From Penicillus capitatus (Eukaryota; Plantae; Chlorophyta): a DNA stretch of 64,000 nucleotides. Under the pieces are notes generated by a model, which saw only the letters and a program-made list of their open reading frames with translations, made no database searches and was not told the DNA's origin. The position numbers were made by a program, and so were the translations under genes. The DNA is taken from assembly GCA_965649825.1 (NCBI GenBank), contig OZ287698.1:573949-637948 (forward strand). The letters run 5' to 3'. Positions 37,975 through 49,814 of the stretch are shown in pieces; position 1 is the first letter of the stretch; each line of letters opens with the position of its first letter.

Positions 37975-40900
37975 CTATTCCTCCGTCAATCCCAAACGCT
38001 CTCGCATTTCTTCCACCAGTGCTAAATAATCTGTCTCGTCCCTTTCGCAAAGGCGCTCGAGTTGCTTGTCCTGTTCGTCATTCGCCTTCTGCGATGGTGG
38101 CTTTCCCTGGAAGGCAGATGTGTATGATGGCATTGTTGGCAGGTTTATGGATGTGCCTCTTGAGTGATTCTGTCCTGTAGGGCGAGGACTTGATGATGAA
38201 AGATCGTGGACATCGTTTTCTTCTCTTGGTGCATCGGTCGGCGAAAGGCTCGTGGAATGATCATCAAATGCAGCAATCCTTCTAGATCTCCCACTGCCAG
38301 GAACTGTTGTCCGTGTCTTCTATCCGATCCATCTGATCCAACATTACGCAGAGTTTGGTACTGGGGATGCGGACCGCACGTTCGTTTTTGAAGTCTGGAG
38401 GGAAAGCGAGGGACGTGAGTGGGGAGGAGACAATAGGAGCTGTCAATGAAGGTTTGTTCGTTTGGTCACATAGATCCCATACTTCGACGGCACCAGCCAT
38501 GTTCGCAAGGACAAAGACACCGGGTCGCGTCGGACTCCATCTCCCTATGCACTGGCATCCGTTACATGGATAGGAGTTGCGGGCGGAGGTGTACGACCTG
38601 AGGTGTACTTGTGTGCAGAGCACGGGGAATGAAAGAGTGGAAAAGAGTGACCATCTTTCCACACTCTAAATGTCCACCCACCCACCGACAGAAAGATGTC
38701 ATCGAAAAAGGGAGAGCGTTCTAAAACAACCACGGCTCCGGCGTGGGCACAAACAACAGACTCCGTAATTTCTGGATGATCAGATCCTGTGTACAAACGA
38801 CGATGTGCGTCAGATAGGGGGAAGGTCATGCCACCTTCAGCTTTCTTGAGGTCTGCCTGGAAGATGTCCCCTGTGAGAGATCCAGCAAGCAGATGGGAAG
38901 GACTATCGATCGAAAAGCAGAGTCGATGGAGTGCCACGGCTTCGCTCTCCATGCCAAACAGCGGAACAGAGAAAACAGGTCTCATGTTTAGCTTATCTGC
39001 CACATCCATCCGTTGGCCCTGATACAGAGCACTCACTCTCCTGTCATGTCGACTGGGCAGCAGCAACTCACTCTTTTGGATGCTTTCTCTAGACAGATGT
39101 CCCAGAAAACGAGATGGCCATCTCTTGAGCATGTGACAAAGACTGTGCAATCACTCGCCTATGCGGCGCTGCTGTGTGCAGACAGGGAAGAAGACAGATC
39201 GACCTCTGTTGACACCAATGCGCCGTTCTTTGCCATACTGTGGCCAGGGAGCCATTTCAGATCGGCAATGGGAGCATTGTCAGACGCTTTGGGAGATGAC
39301 GTGTAGCTCGGATGAACAGTGCGTGGACCTTCTTCCACATCGTTTAGTTCCCATATCGCAATCTACAGGCGATCTTTTACGGATACCCTCCACAGATGCC
39401 GTAACAGACTTGTCCTTCGAAAGTGCCGCCAGCTATGAGATAAGGCGATGATGGACGATATTGAAATGATGTGACCTCTGAATGCGAAAGCAGTATCCTG
39501 TGTGGCATCATTGGAGCACTCATATTCCATTCGAGGATCGCAAATTGACTGGGATGCCCATACGATCGACTTCGTTCCTCGTGGCTTGTGGGATCCATGT
39601 ACGATGCAGCCATCACTCCCTGAAACAGGAAATGCAATGGCGAGGTGGCTAGGGACGAAAGAGGAGACCTTGTGTGCAGGGGACCACTGAAGGTGGGCGA
39701 GAATTCTGGACTTGCTGTAGACTAAGTCTGTAAACGATTGATACTCCTTCAGCTGCAGTTCCTGTCCTTCGAATGCACCCGATCCATCATCGACCGGAGG
39801 AAAGTCGTCGCACAGGACATCCAGCACGTCGTTCTGCAGAAAGACATCCTCTAAACTGCACAGAGATGTGGAACAGGAGCCAGCCACAATGGATAGCCAT
39901 ACCGATGATAGACACTCTCTAGAAAGCTTGTCATGGCGTCCGAATAGAAGAGCGCATGCTTTTCTGCATCGGTCAGGTCTTGAGGAACGTACTGTGTGCC
40001 TTGCCGCGTGGAAGACAGCCCAGAAGCCTCGAATCAGCTACTCCTTGGTGCTTTCTTCCCTGCATGGTTTGATCACCTGGATGGCTTTATCGGTCTTCTC
40101 GTGCACAGCCTGGACGCCGCAGCTTTGCTCTTTACGCAGGAGCTTTACAGAACTGCCTTTAAACGGACGGCACTCCATCTGCAACGCAACCAAGCTACCG
40201 TTCACAGAATTTCCTTGAGAGAGCGCAGACGGTGTTGGGGTTCCAGAGATCGATCGACGGTGTCGCGCTCAGTTGAACCGGTCGATGGAATTCCCTCCGC
40301 TTCTTCCGAGCACAGAGCACAGCTTTCTCTGCACTGTAGTGATCGATGCTCTCTTCCTCGACATCTTTAGCACTCTCCTATGGCATCTCACACTTTACCA
40401 ATGAGAATGCCACACAGGCATAAATCCCTGCCCGTATCGTCGGAGGCTTCAGACTCCATACTCTCCTGAACCGCGGACGCAACGCTTCCTCTTGCAACCG
40501 AGCAGCCGCAGCGTTCTCTTGTTCTATCTTCTCGGCATGTCGCGCAGAGATCTCGGTCCATAAATCTGCAGCGGCTTTGCTGCAAGCGATCTACCAAAGG
40601 ACATAGGCGGAGAGGGTTCCATCATACATATGAGTGATCTCACTTCGAAGTTATTGCCGTCGTTATAGATATCATCTGCGTTGTACTTGATCAGCAATGG
40701 ATCGTAATCCGCTTTCTGGATTTTAGATTTGATTGGATGAAAATCTGAGATGGCCCCTCGAAATTGAATGTCTCCAAGAAGTCGCTCTTTTGTCACCGTA
40801 ACCGTCAACGCATCGTTCGTGGCATCCGTCAGACCGCAGATCTCGATCGTCGTGCCTGTGTGTTATCGCTGCCGTCGAACAAAGAACGGTCGATTCCTGC

Positions 40901-41006
40901 ACAGACTGGTTAAGAAGATCGATTCGACGCCCTCTAATGGTCGGTGCGTCCCATCCTCATCGCATCGATAAGGCAACGGAATCGCGTCATCCATGTCGGT
41001 CGTCAT
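37975..41006 (-). CDS. DNAI3: Axonemal inner-arm dynein intermediate chain (IC140/WDR63 type)
   Basis: DIQFRGAISDFHPIK, MECRPFK, FLSVGGWTFRVW, WSPTRPGVF, VEVWDL. Confidence 0.88.
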
Positions 41007-41164
41007 GTCGACAACAGGACGTCAAAGACGTCACTTCAGCCAATTCTTGTCCACCGACCGACGCGCCACGACGATGCGTCGATCGATCTCCAAGCGATGT
41101 GATCTGAGCGAATCCGATAAAGCGAGTCGCTCGGCGATGAGCGTTCGAAAGCAGTAAGGTGTTA

Positions 41165-42198
41165 ATGACAGACGCGTCTAACAGAATTGCGATAATGAAT
41201 CCGCAGTCCGTCGCAGTATTTGCACGATTTCCATCTCCGGGTAAAGTCAAGACACGTCTGGCGGCGACGATTGGCGACGCTGCTGCCTGTCGTTTCTATC
41301 AGCATTGCACAGAAGCTGTTCTTCGGCAGCTCGTTCAGTAAGGCCCCCTTCCTGCGAGCGCCATCAACAACTAGGGTTCATTATTCTGTCAACAGGTGTC
41401 ATGACACCTGTGTCCACCTCTTCGTCGCGGAAGTGGACGAAGTGAAGAAAGTGGAGGAGTGGATGGAGAACATGAGCCTGGTGAACATCGTCGTTCTCTA
41501 GAGAAGAGAGACAGGTCCGCACGAGTGCCCATGCAGAGTATTCGCATCATGGGCCAACTTCAGTCAGAGAATCTGGGCGATCGGATCTTTCATGCACTGA
41601 AGCATCTGAAACTGAGTGGATATGCCAAGGTGCGATGGACAGACTGCCCTACGGTTGCAGACATTGGACGTTTAGGTGGCGGCAGTGGCAACAGATATTC
41701 CGGACATCACACATACCGTTGTTCAACAAGGACTCGATCTCCTGAATGCTTATGATGTGACCCTCGGGGCTACTTTACGCCGCAACGTGCATCGAGCATT
41801 TGGTTTGGTAGGTCGTTCTGGGCCCTGCTGTGGATGGAGGATTCTATTTTCTGGGTGTCAACGATCTGAGCAAGGAGCTCTTTGAAGTGCGAAACAACGC
41901 ATGGTTCTCTCAGGTGAAGTGACTTCGATTGTGTCGGCAGGATGTTGAGTGGAGCACGAGCACCGTGTTTGCAAAGATCGTGCAAAATGCAGAGAAGCTG
42001 CAGCTCAGAGTGGCCCCTTCGCAATCGCTACCTCCTATTGCCGACATCGACACCTTCCAAGTAGCTTCCTCTATTAAACCAGGTCGAACCGCCGGTGTCT
42101 AGGATCTTTGCCTATGGACGGGTTCTCCACAAGAGAGTCAAGCAGAGGTGGTTGTGCAATCAGCTTTGGAAAAGTTCTGTCAGAGGGACAGTACTTAA
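41165..42198 (+). CDS. DUF2064/TIGR04282-family (CofC-like) glycosyltransferase
   Basis: FARFPSPGKVKTRLA, LGDRI, TDIP, GPAVDGGFYFLG, VEWST, DIDTFQDL after splicing. Confidence 0.88.
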
Positions 42199-42247
42199 AG
42201 TCGTGTGTACGTCCGTCCATGTGTCCACCTTTAGAACGAACGCGTCA

Positions 42248-43446
42248 TCACTCTTTCTTTGCAGCCGCCTCTTTTTTCTTCAAGGCTTTCGCCCGTATCT
42301 TCTTCGCCGCGGAAAAGAAGTAGGCATCCAGCAGAGATTTGGGAAAAGCGCTCAGAACAGCCCACATGATGTTGTGAATCCAGTACCCCGAAGTCAGGGA
42401 TCCGTTCCCCACTTGCTGTAGCGCTCCTTTGGCCCACGCCTTCGGAGATGGCGCCGTCAAACTTGGCCTCCTGTCGACAGCAAGCAGACCCTCCTTCAGA
42501 AACGCGGCATTGCTGTGTTTCGCTTGCCTGATCTTCGACATCTTGGTGGCGACGAACAGAGGTGCCTGATTCTGGAAAAGAATGCCTTTTTCTTTGTACT
42601 CGATCGCACAGCTCTTAGTAAACTGATCCACAAACGCCTGAAAAAAGAGTGACGTCACTCCTTTGTGATTTGACGGCCGATCGTCTCCTTTACTTTGGAT
42701 CCTGCATAAACGGCAAGCAGTGGACTCGACGGCAGTAGGACTCCCACTCCGCTGCCCACATTTAGCACAACACCCTTCTTCCTCTTCAACATTTGAGGCA
42801 GCGCCAAGCGCGTCATCTACCTCTCTTACATTCGATGCCCATTCTCAACAGGCTTGCGTATCTCACTTGGACAGTGGTACGGATGTTGATCTCGATGAGA
42901 TTTTGTATCGTCTCTTCCGAAATGCGATCCAAATATTCGTAGTACTCGTAGGAGCACCCAACGTTGTTGACCAGTATTCCCACTTCCAAGTCCTCTAAGA
43001 GTTCCGAAACGCGCTTCCAATGCTCATCCGTCATCTTTGCAAAGTCTACGGCTAGATGTCGCGTTTCGACTCGGTATCGGTTTTTGATCTCGTCCGATAC
43101 ATTCACCAAACGACTTTCGGTTCTCGACAGTAGACAAACATTCAGACCTGTGTACATCCATCCATCTCCATGACCATTGCCGCCTACAGTGGGCGACATC
43201 CTTACCGCGCTTTGCAAATTCTTCACAGTATGCTTTGCCGATTCCGTCCGTCGCGCCGGTTACGACGACCCACGAACCAAATCGTTTGAAGTTAATTGGC
43301 GGCAGAAGGAACCGAAAGGCAAACCGACTCAGAGAGAAGAGGCACTTCGCAATGTGAAAAAGACCGATGCCAAAGACGACCGCCGCCGTTCCGACGGCCC
43401 ATTCGCAGTCTCCTTCGATAGAAACGCCGAACCCGAAGATGTTCAT
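42248..43446 (-). CDS. KCR1: Very-long-chain 3-oxoacyl-CoA reductase (SDR)
   Basis: VVTGATDGIGKAY, LVNNVG, PLFVATKMSKIR. Confidence 0.92.
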
Positions 43447-43476
43447 TTGAGGCGAAACGATGGATGTGGCTCGACG

Positions 43477-44857
43477 ATGACGATAAGGTTATTATCGCGA
43501 TTGGTAGTACGCCGTTATGGCACGACGGATTTCCCACCGCCCGATGCCCTTCTGAGTCTCTGTACACTTGAGAACACGCGTGGCGTCTTGCATCTCTCCG
43601 GACGCGACGTCGCTTCGTTTCTCCAGGTGCGAAATTTGTCGCTTCGATGCTCACGATGATCGACGATGTAGGGAATACTGACAAACGACGTTGCCTACCT
43701 GAGTGCCGAAAGTGAGGACGCATGCACGAGATCGTGATGGGATCGGATCGTGCTCGGCAGCTGGATCGTCGTCGATCTATGCGGGGATGCTAACACCGAG
43801 GGGACGCCTCGTCCACGACATGATTCTTTATCACGAAGGCGGTGAGGGACTGGATGCAATGTCACATCACTGCATGCATCGCGTCTGTGTGCAGAGAGTA
43901 AGGGAAGTTTGTCCGTTTTAATCGACAGCGACCATCGGACGCTGACTCCGCTGATGGAGCAGCTCGAAATGTCTGCCCTCGCTATCTCTTCTCTTTCCGG
44001 TTAGATCTGTCTGTGCTGTGTAGGTATCGCCTGCGATCGGACGTGAAAATTGAAGATATCTCCACCACCCATCGAGTCTGTTGCCTTTTTGGAGAGAATC
44101 TAAGTCATGCAGGTATAAGGGACGTTTTTCGCTGATCACGGGTGTCACATCAAGCAAGAGGCGCGTGTGTTTAGGAATGCATCGGTTAGACCCGCGTCTC
44201 TCTTCACTGGGCCATCGCTTCATTGCGCCGATATCGTCCATCCCTCATCATTCCCTTACGGATGCCGCTGCTTACCAAGAATGGAGGCTAGTACATGGCG
44301 TGGCTGAAAATCGGAGTGAGATTCCCGGTGAGATTAAACCGTCGGGAAGAGACCTCCCAAAAAGTGTGACCTTCAGCGGAGGCGCTTCCTCTGGAATACA
44401 ATCTGGAAGCATTGAATGGAGTGAGTTTCTCCAAGGGATGCTACGTGGGTCAAGAGCTGACGGCTCGAACGCATTACCAAGGCGTCATCCGAAAACGTCT
44501 TTTCCCCGCTGTCCTCTCACACGCCGCGCCAGGTACACCTGTCACATCATCTGGTCATTCAGCACCAACGGAAGCAGTCGCATCACCGGGAGGCGAGATC
44601 ATCCTCATGCCGGATGCAAGAAGCGTCGGTACGTTGCGTGCTGTCTCCGGGAAGCATGTTTTGGCCTTTCTCCGCCTCGAAGATGCCTTCGACGCCATCA
44701 ACTGCGGTAAGCGTCGCCATTCACTGAAGCCCACTGCGTCACATCGTTTGCAGTAGCGTCACGTCGTCTGGTTCTTTCCGACGATGGCGGCGTCGAAGTG
44801 ACGCCAAAGATCCCATCGTGGTGGCCATCTTCTTGGCAGAAAACAAGGCTTTCGTGA
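43477..44857 (+). CDS. IBA57: IBA57/YgfZ Fe-S cluster assembly factor
   Basis: Presequence, [10 protein letters not shown]|[24 protein letters not shown] signature, C-terminal PSWWP. Confidence 0.92.
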
Positions 44858-44953
44858 CATTCTCCCTCTAGTGGGCGTGCGTGCGTGCGCCATTTCGAAT
44901 CGAGGTCATTTCGTCATATAAACGTGTGTAAAATTCAAGGCGATTGTGCCGCA

Positions 44954-46026
44954 ATGGACGACGGAGCGGAGGTTTCTTCGCGTCGGCAGAATTTGCAAGA
45001 CGAACTGCGTCGCGTCAAAGCCACCGTCTCTTCGTTAGACAGCCACATTGACGGACTCAAGTCCGAACTCGGCTGGTCTCTCTCGGCTTCGGACGACGCA
45101 TCCGACGGCACGGCGCAGATGTGGAGGACCGTCGTGATGCAGAGCCCCATAAAAGAAGCTTACCGTGAACTCTCGGCCACTCGCCCCAAAGGCAACAAAG
45201 CTCGGGGAACCACACGCGTCCGAGGACGCCTCGCAGAAACCCCAGTCGCAACAGGGACCGTCGGGGCAAAGAGAACACGCGTCGTCAGTGCCAAAGAGAA
45301 ACGCATTGAGAACATCTGGTCACAGTGTGGCTCCATTCTGTCTTCTCTGAAGAAACATCGATACGCTTGGCCGTTTCTCCAGCCGGTCGATGCTGAAGCA
45401 CTTAACATTCCAGACTATTACGAGGTCATTCGACAACCGATGGATCTCGGAACGATTTCTCGACGAATGGAGCACGATTCGAGGCGTGGTCGCTATCGGC
45501 AGTACACGACGCCATTGGAGTTTCGGGACGATGTTCGACGCGTCTGGTCCAACTGCCGTACTTACAACAAACCTGGACAGGATGTGCGGTTTATGGGTGA
45601 TGCACTGTCAGAGACGTGGGAGAAGAAATGGTGTCAGGCAGAAATTGAAAGCAGATGGGCGCATGAGCAAGAGACACCGGAAGAAGTGCGTGGCATGCAC
45701 GACCATCGTCGCCACTGCTGTTTTTGGAGATGTCTCCTTCGTAGGAAGAATCGGGGTGGCTAGAGACGACTGGGGCAAGAAAGAAAGGCGCTCGTGGAAG
45801 TATGTCGTTTCTGGAAAAGCGCAAACTGGCGCAACAGATCGGATCATTCAATGCGGATCAAGTGGCTGTCATCTCAGAGCTGCTGCATTCCATGAATGTT
45901 GCTGAGAATGAAGGGGAGATGGTATTAGACTTGGAAAAAATGGATTCGCAGAAACTATGGATCATAAAGAGCAAAGTCGATTCGATCGTAGCGGCTAAGA
46001 TCAAAAGAACACCGATTCAACCTTAA
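44954..46026 (+). CDS. BET/GTE-family bromodomain plus ET-domain protein
   Basis: YAWPFLQPVD, PDYYEVIRQPMDLGTI, VWSNCRTYN; ET domain MSFLEKRKLAQQI...LDLEKMD. Confidence 0.9.
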
Positions 46027-46086
46027 TTGCAAAGACTCGCTTTCAGGGATGACGGTTTTTTGTTTGTGCATGCACCGAACTGTTAG

Positions 46087-47954
46087 ATGACCGAGCGTCA
46101 AAAAAGACAACGACTGACGTACACACGCGAAATCGCCCTGGCGCAGGGGCAGGTAAGACAGAAACGTCGTCGAGGGAGAGCAGTCAGGACAACGACGATG
46201 CGGCATTGTAGGCGCTGGTGTTCGATGGCGTTGCGCGTCTGAAGGTCCTCGAAGGGTCGCTCTTGGTTTTCGGGTACGTCTCGGCAGTACGGGCGATGCC
46301 GAAGGCGATGTCTATGTGTATAGGAGACGGCTGGATCCATCGCCGGCGACGTTTTTGTGTTCTTCCCTCGGTGGCAGTGGAATAGGATTGCGATTGGAGA
46401 CGGCTAGAGACGTCAAGACCGTCTTCGTTTTGGAATATCTCGTGTCCTCCGATCATGATCCGGAAGAGACGTATCGACTGTGGACTCTTGGCGACGCTGG
46501 CGCCCCGAGATCGGTCTTGTGTCCTCGAGAATGGACAGACGTTCTTGTGTCCCCAATGGCGGCGGCAACGGAGTCGTATCTCGTCTGTGGACAAAGGAAT
46601 GCTGGAAAATCGATGTTCAGTCGGTTCCTCGCAAATACGATGCTGAGCGAACCGAACGTCGTCGTCGGTTTTATGGACATCGATCCGGGGCAAACGGAAT
46701 TCACGACGCCAGTTGGCAAAGATATTGGTCGTGCCCTAAGTGACGACGGTTTGCGTATCAGGGAATGCTGAGTCTTCACAGACTGAGGCGCGATCGGCTC
46801 TACACCTTTCCCTTTACATCCGAGAGCGAAATGCTTCGGAGTTACTATCTGGTAGGACGGCCATCGACGTCTCTTCAATACAGATGTCTATCAGGGATCG
46901 TTAACGCCAAGCGATGCACCTGAGCAATACATTGCGTGTATTGCTGCACTGTTCGACTGTTGGAAACGTCTGGTGCTCGACGCCGCGACAGAAAAGCGTC
47001 ATGTTCTGATCGTCCATGCCAGCGGCTGGATTGAGGGATTGGGTGAAGACGCATTGGCCCATATCTGTCGACAGAGATGGTGTACACAAGGTAGGAGCAT
47101 CGCACGATCGAGTTCACGACTCACCACCAGACGATTTAGTCTATCACCTGACGGATGAGCAGATGGACGGAAAGGACCCATCGTCCGAGATGCGTGTGCA
47201 ATGTCTGCCTAGTTTTTGGTCGTGTACTGCCTCCGCCTCTTCCGTAAAGACTCCGGACGAAACGAGAAAGAAGGCGCAGGTGAAGAATGCAGCACGGCAG
47301 AGGGAACAGATGTGGATACGATGGATTCATCGTTGCGTCCAGGCATCTCCTCCTGTGTACATCACCATCACATCATGCAGTCATAACCGTAGCATGAACA
47401 CTATCTGCATCTGCAGGCTGTCGATTCCATCGGGAGATCGATTAAAAGCGCTTGTGGCTCGATTGGAGAGCTGTCCACCTTACTCTGTGCATATAAGCAC
47501 CTTGACCGTTGAATTTTTGAGAGGGAAACCGTCATGCCGCGGGGAAGGTATGTACACTTCAGCTTCTCTTCCTACTTTGCGTTCGTTCGTTCGTTCGTTC
47601 TATTTTTTCCTTCATACAGATCTCGCGCGTCTGCTCCTTCACTCGATTGTCGGGCTGTGTCGACGCAGCGATGAAGACGAGGACAAGGTGCTGCCGTGTT
47701 TGGGCATCGCCCTCGTGCGTTCAGTGCGTCGTGAAGTGCTCTACGTCCTCACGGAGCTGCCGTCGTCGTGCCTCGCCCAGATCAATGCCGTGCAGGTAGG
47801 TGCCTCGTGTCTACATCATCTGCATCACCATCCTTCGGACCAGGTTGGCGTGCTGCACCTACCGAACACGTGTGTGACGTCCTTTCGTTCGGAGGGTCGG
47901 TTTAACGGACCGTTGTCAATGTCGAGCTGCCGGATTGGTGAATACGGACAGTAA
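46087..47954 (+). CDS. NOL9: NOL9/Grc3-like polynucleotide 5'-kinase
   Basis: P-loop CGQRNAGKS, DIDPGQTEFTTP|GMLSL, IVHASGWIEGLG, PCLGIALVR. Confidence 0.85.
47581..47600. repeat. (GTTC)5 microsatellite, probably intronic
   Basis: gttcgttcgttcgttcgttc. Confidence 0.9.
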
Positions 47955-48199
47955 ACCCATCAAGCGGCGACCATTAGTCAACGGTTTCAATCAGGCTTCA
48001 GTCTCGTGTCAGGGAAGGCTTTGTGGCTTACCGTTGCGATACGTTCAAAGATTTCAAAAAAATCCAGCTGTTTAAGCGATTCTGCGTTTAAACGTTCTCC
48101 CGCGCTTCCCGCGTATTGCACCATCTTTTATTGTCTTTCTCCGTCCTGTCAATTTGGTACCAGTCGGAAGCTACCAAGTTGGGGAAACCAAAGCGCAAG

Positions 48200-49457
48200 A
48201 TGGCGTTCCTAAAACGCCTTCTTTGTACAACCGTCCCCGTGGCTGCTTTTCTATGTGACGATTCAAGTTCTAGGTTGCGGAAGCGCGTGCAAAGTGAAAT
48301 ACGAAGGCGAGCCGCAGAGGCGGACGAGAGCAAAGCGCAGCACACCGTGTCGCGGTTTTAAATCAAAATCCAAAACGGCACCTGCCTCCGGGGCTGAGGA
48401 CTGCGATACCTCGAGTTCTTCACCTTCATCTTCATCATCCGGAAGCCCGCGTTCCGTTCTGGCTACTATTGTCCTGGAAGAACACCAATCACAGGAAACC
48501 AACAACAACGCATCACATTCATGTCACAAACACTCCAAGTCCTACTCGAGTGTTTCTTCGGTTGGAAGAAAGCTCGTTGAAAATCTAGCAGACGAAGTTG
48601 TGGAAGACTTCATTGCTTCGAAACTGATGCTGCCACCATCTGTGGCCGTAGCACCTTCTCCCGCTCAAGATGCCCCTCGGCCCTCTGGTGCCATTCCGCC
48701 GACACTTCCGGATCAAGAGGACGTTCCATCGAACGATCTGGAAGCGACAACGACCGCCGAGGATGTTTTCCGAGACTTACCGAATAAAGGCGTCGCCCAA
48801 GAGGAAGTAGATGATGATCTGATAGATTCCGCCTTTGAAGCACGTGATAACAATTTCAAAGAGAAACGTGCCTATTTCGAACAGCGAAGCCGTAGCGAAG
48901 TTGAAGAAAGGGCCGAAAAAATAAAGAGCACGGCCAGGATGAAGCCGACATTAGAGTCTCAGCAGATAGGAGATGGTCATGGCTCGACAGACACGACTGT
49001 CGGCATGCATGAGCAGCATTGGAGCCAGTCAGGACCTCTCCGGACAACAACTGACCACCCTACCGGAGAAGGCGTTTTTTCTACCAACAAGTCTCTCAGT
49101 CGCGTCAACAGTGGAAGGAGTTGGATCCTCGAACTCAAAGATACTGGACAGGCCTCGTCTTCAGCGACCATACCAGACGATATCGCATTTGAAGAGGAGG
49201 CTCCTGTCAATAACGAAAGAGATAACCCGCCGTTTTTCAGTGGAGCCTGTGTTGTGCGGCGCGTCTTCCGTGCAGAGAGTCTCGCGGAGGAAGAGAGCGA
49301 GAGTTCAGACGGAAGTGTAATTTCTGTGGAGATTAACTCCGGTCCACGGGATACAAATGACGATGGGCAGAGCTCCGAGCATGCCCTCGAATGGTATTTC
49401 TCAATGACGAGGAAGACAGCAAACGACAGTTTGACAACAGATCACCACCACCAATAA
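48200..49457 (+). CDS. Hypothetical, largely disordered acidic/Ser-rich protein
   Basis: 400-codon ORF joined to a short first exon giving MAFLKRLLCCGSAC. The 3' exons (to ~49760) are unresolved. Confidence 0.5.
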
Positions 49458-49814
49458 ACTAGCCAGTGACGCAGGATGACTGCAACGACGACGACGACTC
49501 GCTGACGTTTTTCCTATCTATACCTGCTGTGGAACGTGGATTTCAGTTCCTCTGCTGTCGTCGACTGAGATCTGACTTTCCTCTAACTTCTGTATTTTGG
49601 AAGCAGCGGCCTGAAGGGATCTCTCAACGAATTCGATGGTATGCCTCGCGGCATACACTCTTTGCATTTCTTCTTGGCCACATGAGCTGCAGTGTTGATC
49701 TGTATGGACCCAGCAAGAGTGGATTTCATTGCATTGTTGTTGTTGTGGTGCCGTGTCTCAGTTTTATGAACAATATTGATGATTAAAGGAATCTATAAGA
49801 CTTCCGCGTTCATT

